Source of the DNA: Nemertoderma westbladi
Taxonomy: Eukaryota > Animalia > Xenacoelomorpha
Length of the DNA: 64,000 bases
Direction: 5' to 3'
NCBI GenBank assembly: GCA_032718475.1
Contig: JAUCBJ010008015.1
Span: 21,400 to 85,399 of the forward strand
Below are positions 63,201 to 64,000 of this stretch, in pieces (position 1 is the first letter of the stretch; every line of letters begins with the position of its first letter). A program made the position numbers and the translations under genes. The notes beneath the pieces were generated by a model that ran no database searches, had not been told where the DNA came from, and saw nothing but the letters and a program-made list of their open reading frames with translations.

Positions 63201-64000
63201 AGGACATATTACCTGCCACTCCACGTGGCTTTAGATCCGAAGAAAGGTAAACTGCGGATGGTAGTTGACGCATCGGCTAAAACCAACGGCAAATGCCTAA
63301 ACGATTATCTGCTGGAGGGTCCCAATATCTACAACTCAGGGATCGAGGTCCTACTCAGATTCAGGAATGGGAAACACGCCTTCACCTGTGACATAGAAGG
63401 CATGTTCAACTAAGTCCGTGTAACGGAAGAGGATAGCGATAGCCAACGCTTCCTATAGTACAACGGCGACGAAGAACCGTCAACTATACTGATGTACAAG
63501 ATGGTAGTACAGAATATGGGAGCCAAGTCGTCTTCGTTCACAACGACTGTGGCCGTGAGAGATACAGTGGAGGGGAAGGAAGATAAATACAGTGCTAGGG
63601 CCATCGATATGATTCAACGCGGCTTCTACGTAGACGACGGGATGGAGTCTGGGAACACGGTTAAGGAGCTACTGGACACAGGGCGCGAGGTTCGCGACAT
63701 CCTTAAGGGATCCGTCTTTAACCTAACCAAATTCCAATCCAGTTCGGAGGAATTTATCGAGGCGATAAAAGATGAGAGACCAGGATCGACCATGGATAAT
63801 CCCACGACAGCCAAGGTGCAGGACATGGCGATCAAACGAATAGAGTCCCAACAGAAGGCACTAGGGATCGTGTGGAACAGAGAGACGGACGAGCTGAAGT
63901 ACCAATTAAGCCAGGAGGGCGCAGACATCCACACGAAAAGGGGCTATGTGTCGTACATAGCGAGGATATACGATCCCCTAGGTCTAGCATCCCCATTACT
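57265..64000 (+). mobile_element. Degenerate BEL/Pao LTR retrotransposon (runs off the window end)
   Basis: Abrupt TG start at the array edge with a putative LTR to ~57750. Gag ELPPVEPFKFDG (61167-62153), protease LVDSGA, RT YLPLH..LRMVVDASAK..CLNDYLLEGP..FYVDDG, then YDPLGLASP. In-frame stops at ~62151, 62341, 63411 and 63457. Confidence 0.9.

Overview
Animal (probably invertebrate) nuclear DNA with AT-rich spliceosomal introns; about 30 kb of the 64 kb is tandem repeat. Two adhesion-GPCR-like genes lie head-to-tail on the minus strand. Gene A (50339->34180) contributes 7TM helices 3-7 and the cytoplasmic tail as six phase-compatible exons; its 5' part lies beyond the window end. Gene B (~22.6 kb->13648) contributes Ig-like, HormR and early GAIN-like ectodomain exons; its 3' part lies before the window start. 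Mobile elements: a LINE interrupted by an intact Gypsy element (identical 175-bp LTRs, 5-bp TSD) and by a Helentron/HINE-like element, a second 5'-truncated LINE, tRNA-derived SINEs and a decayed BEL/Pao element. The main unusual observation is that four of the largest satellites (56, 49, 40 and 45 bp units), and probably a fifth (43 bp), are tandem amplifications of these genes' own exon-intron junctions. Each copy carries a splice donor or acceptor plus the adjacent exon end, while the true exon stays intact at the array edge. Most repeat-derived ORFs in the track are artefacts. All coordinates and copy numbers were read by eye; copy numbers are length/unit estimates.
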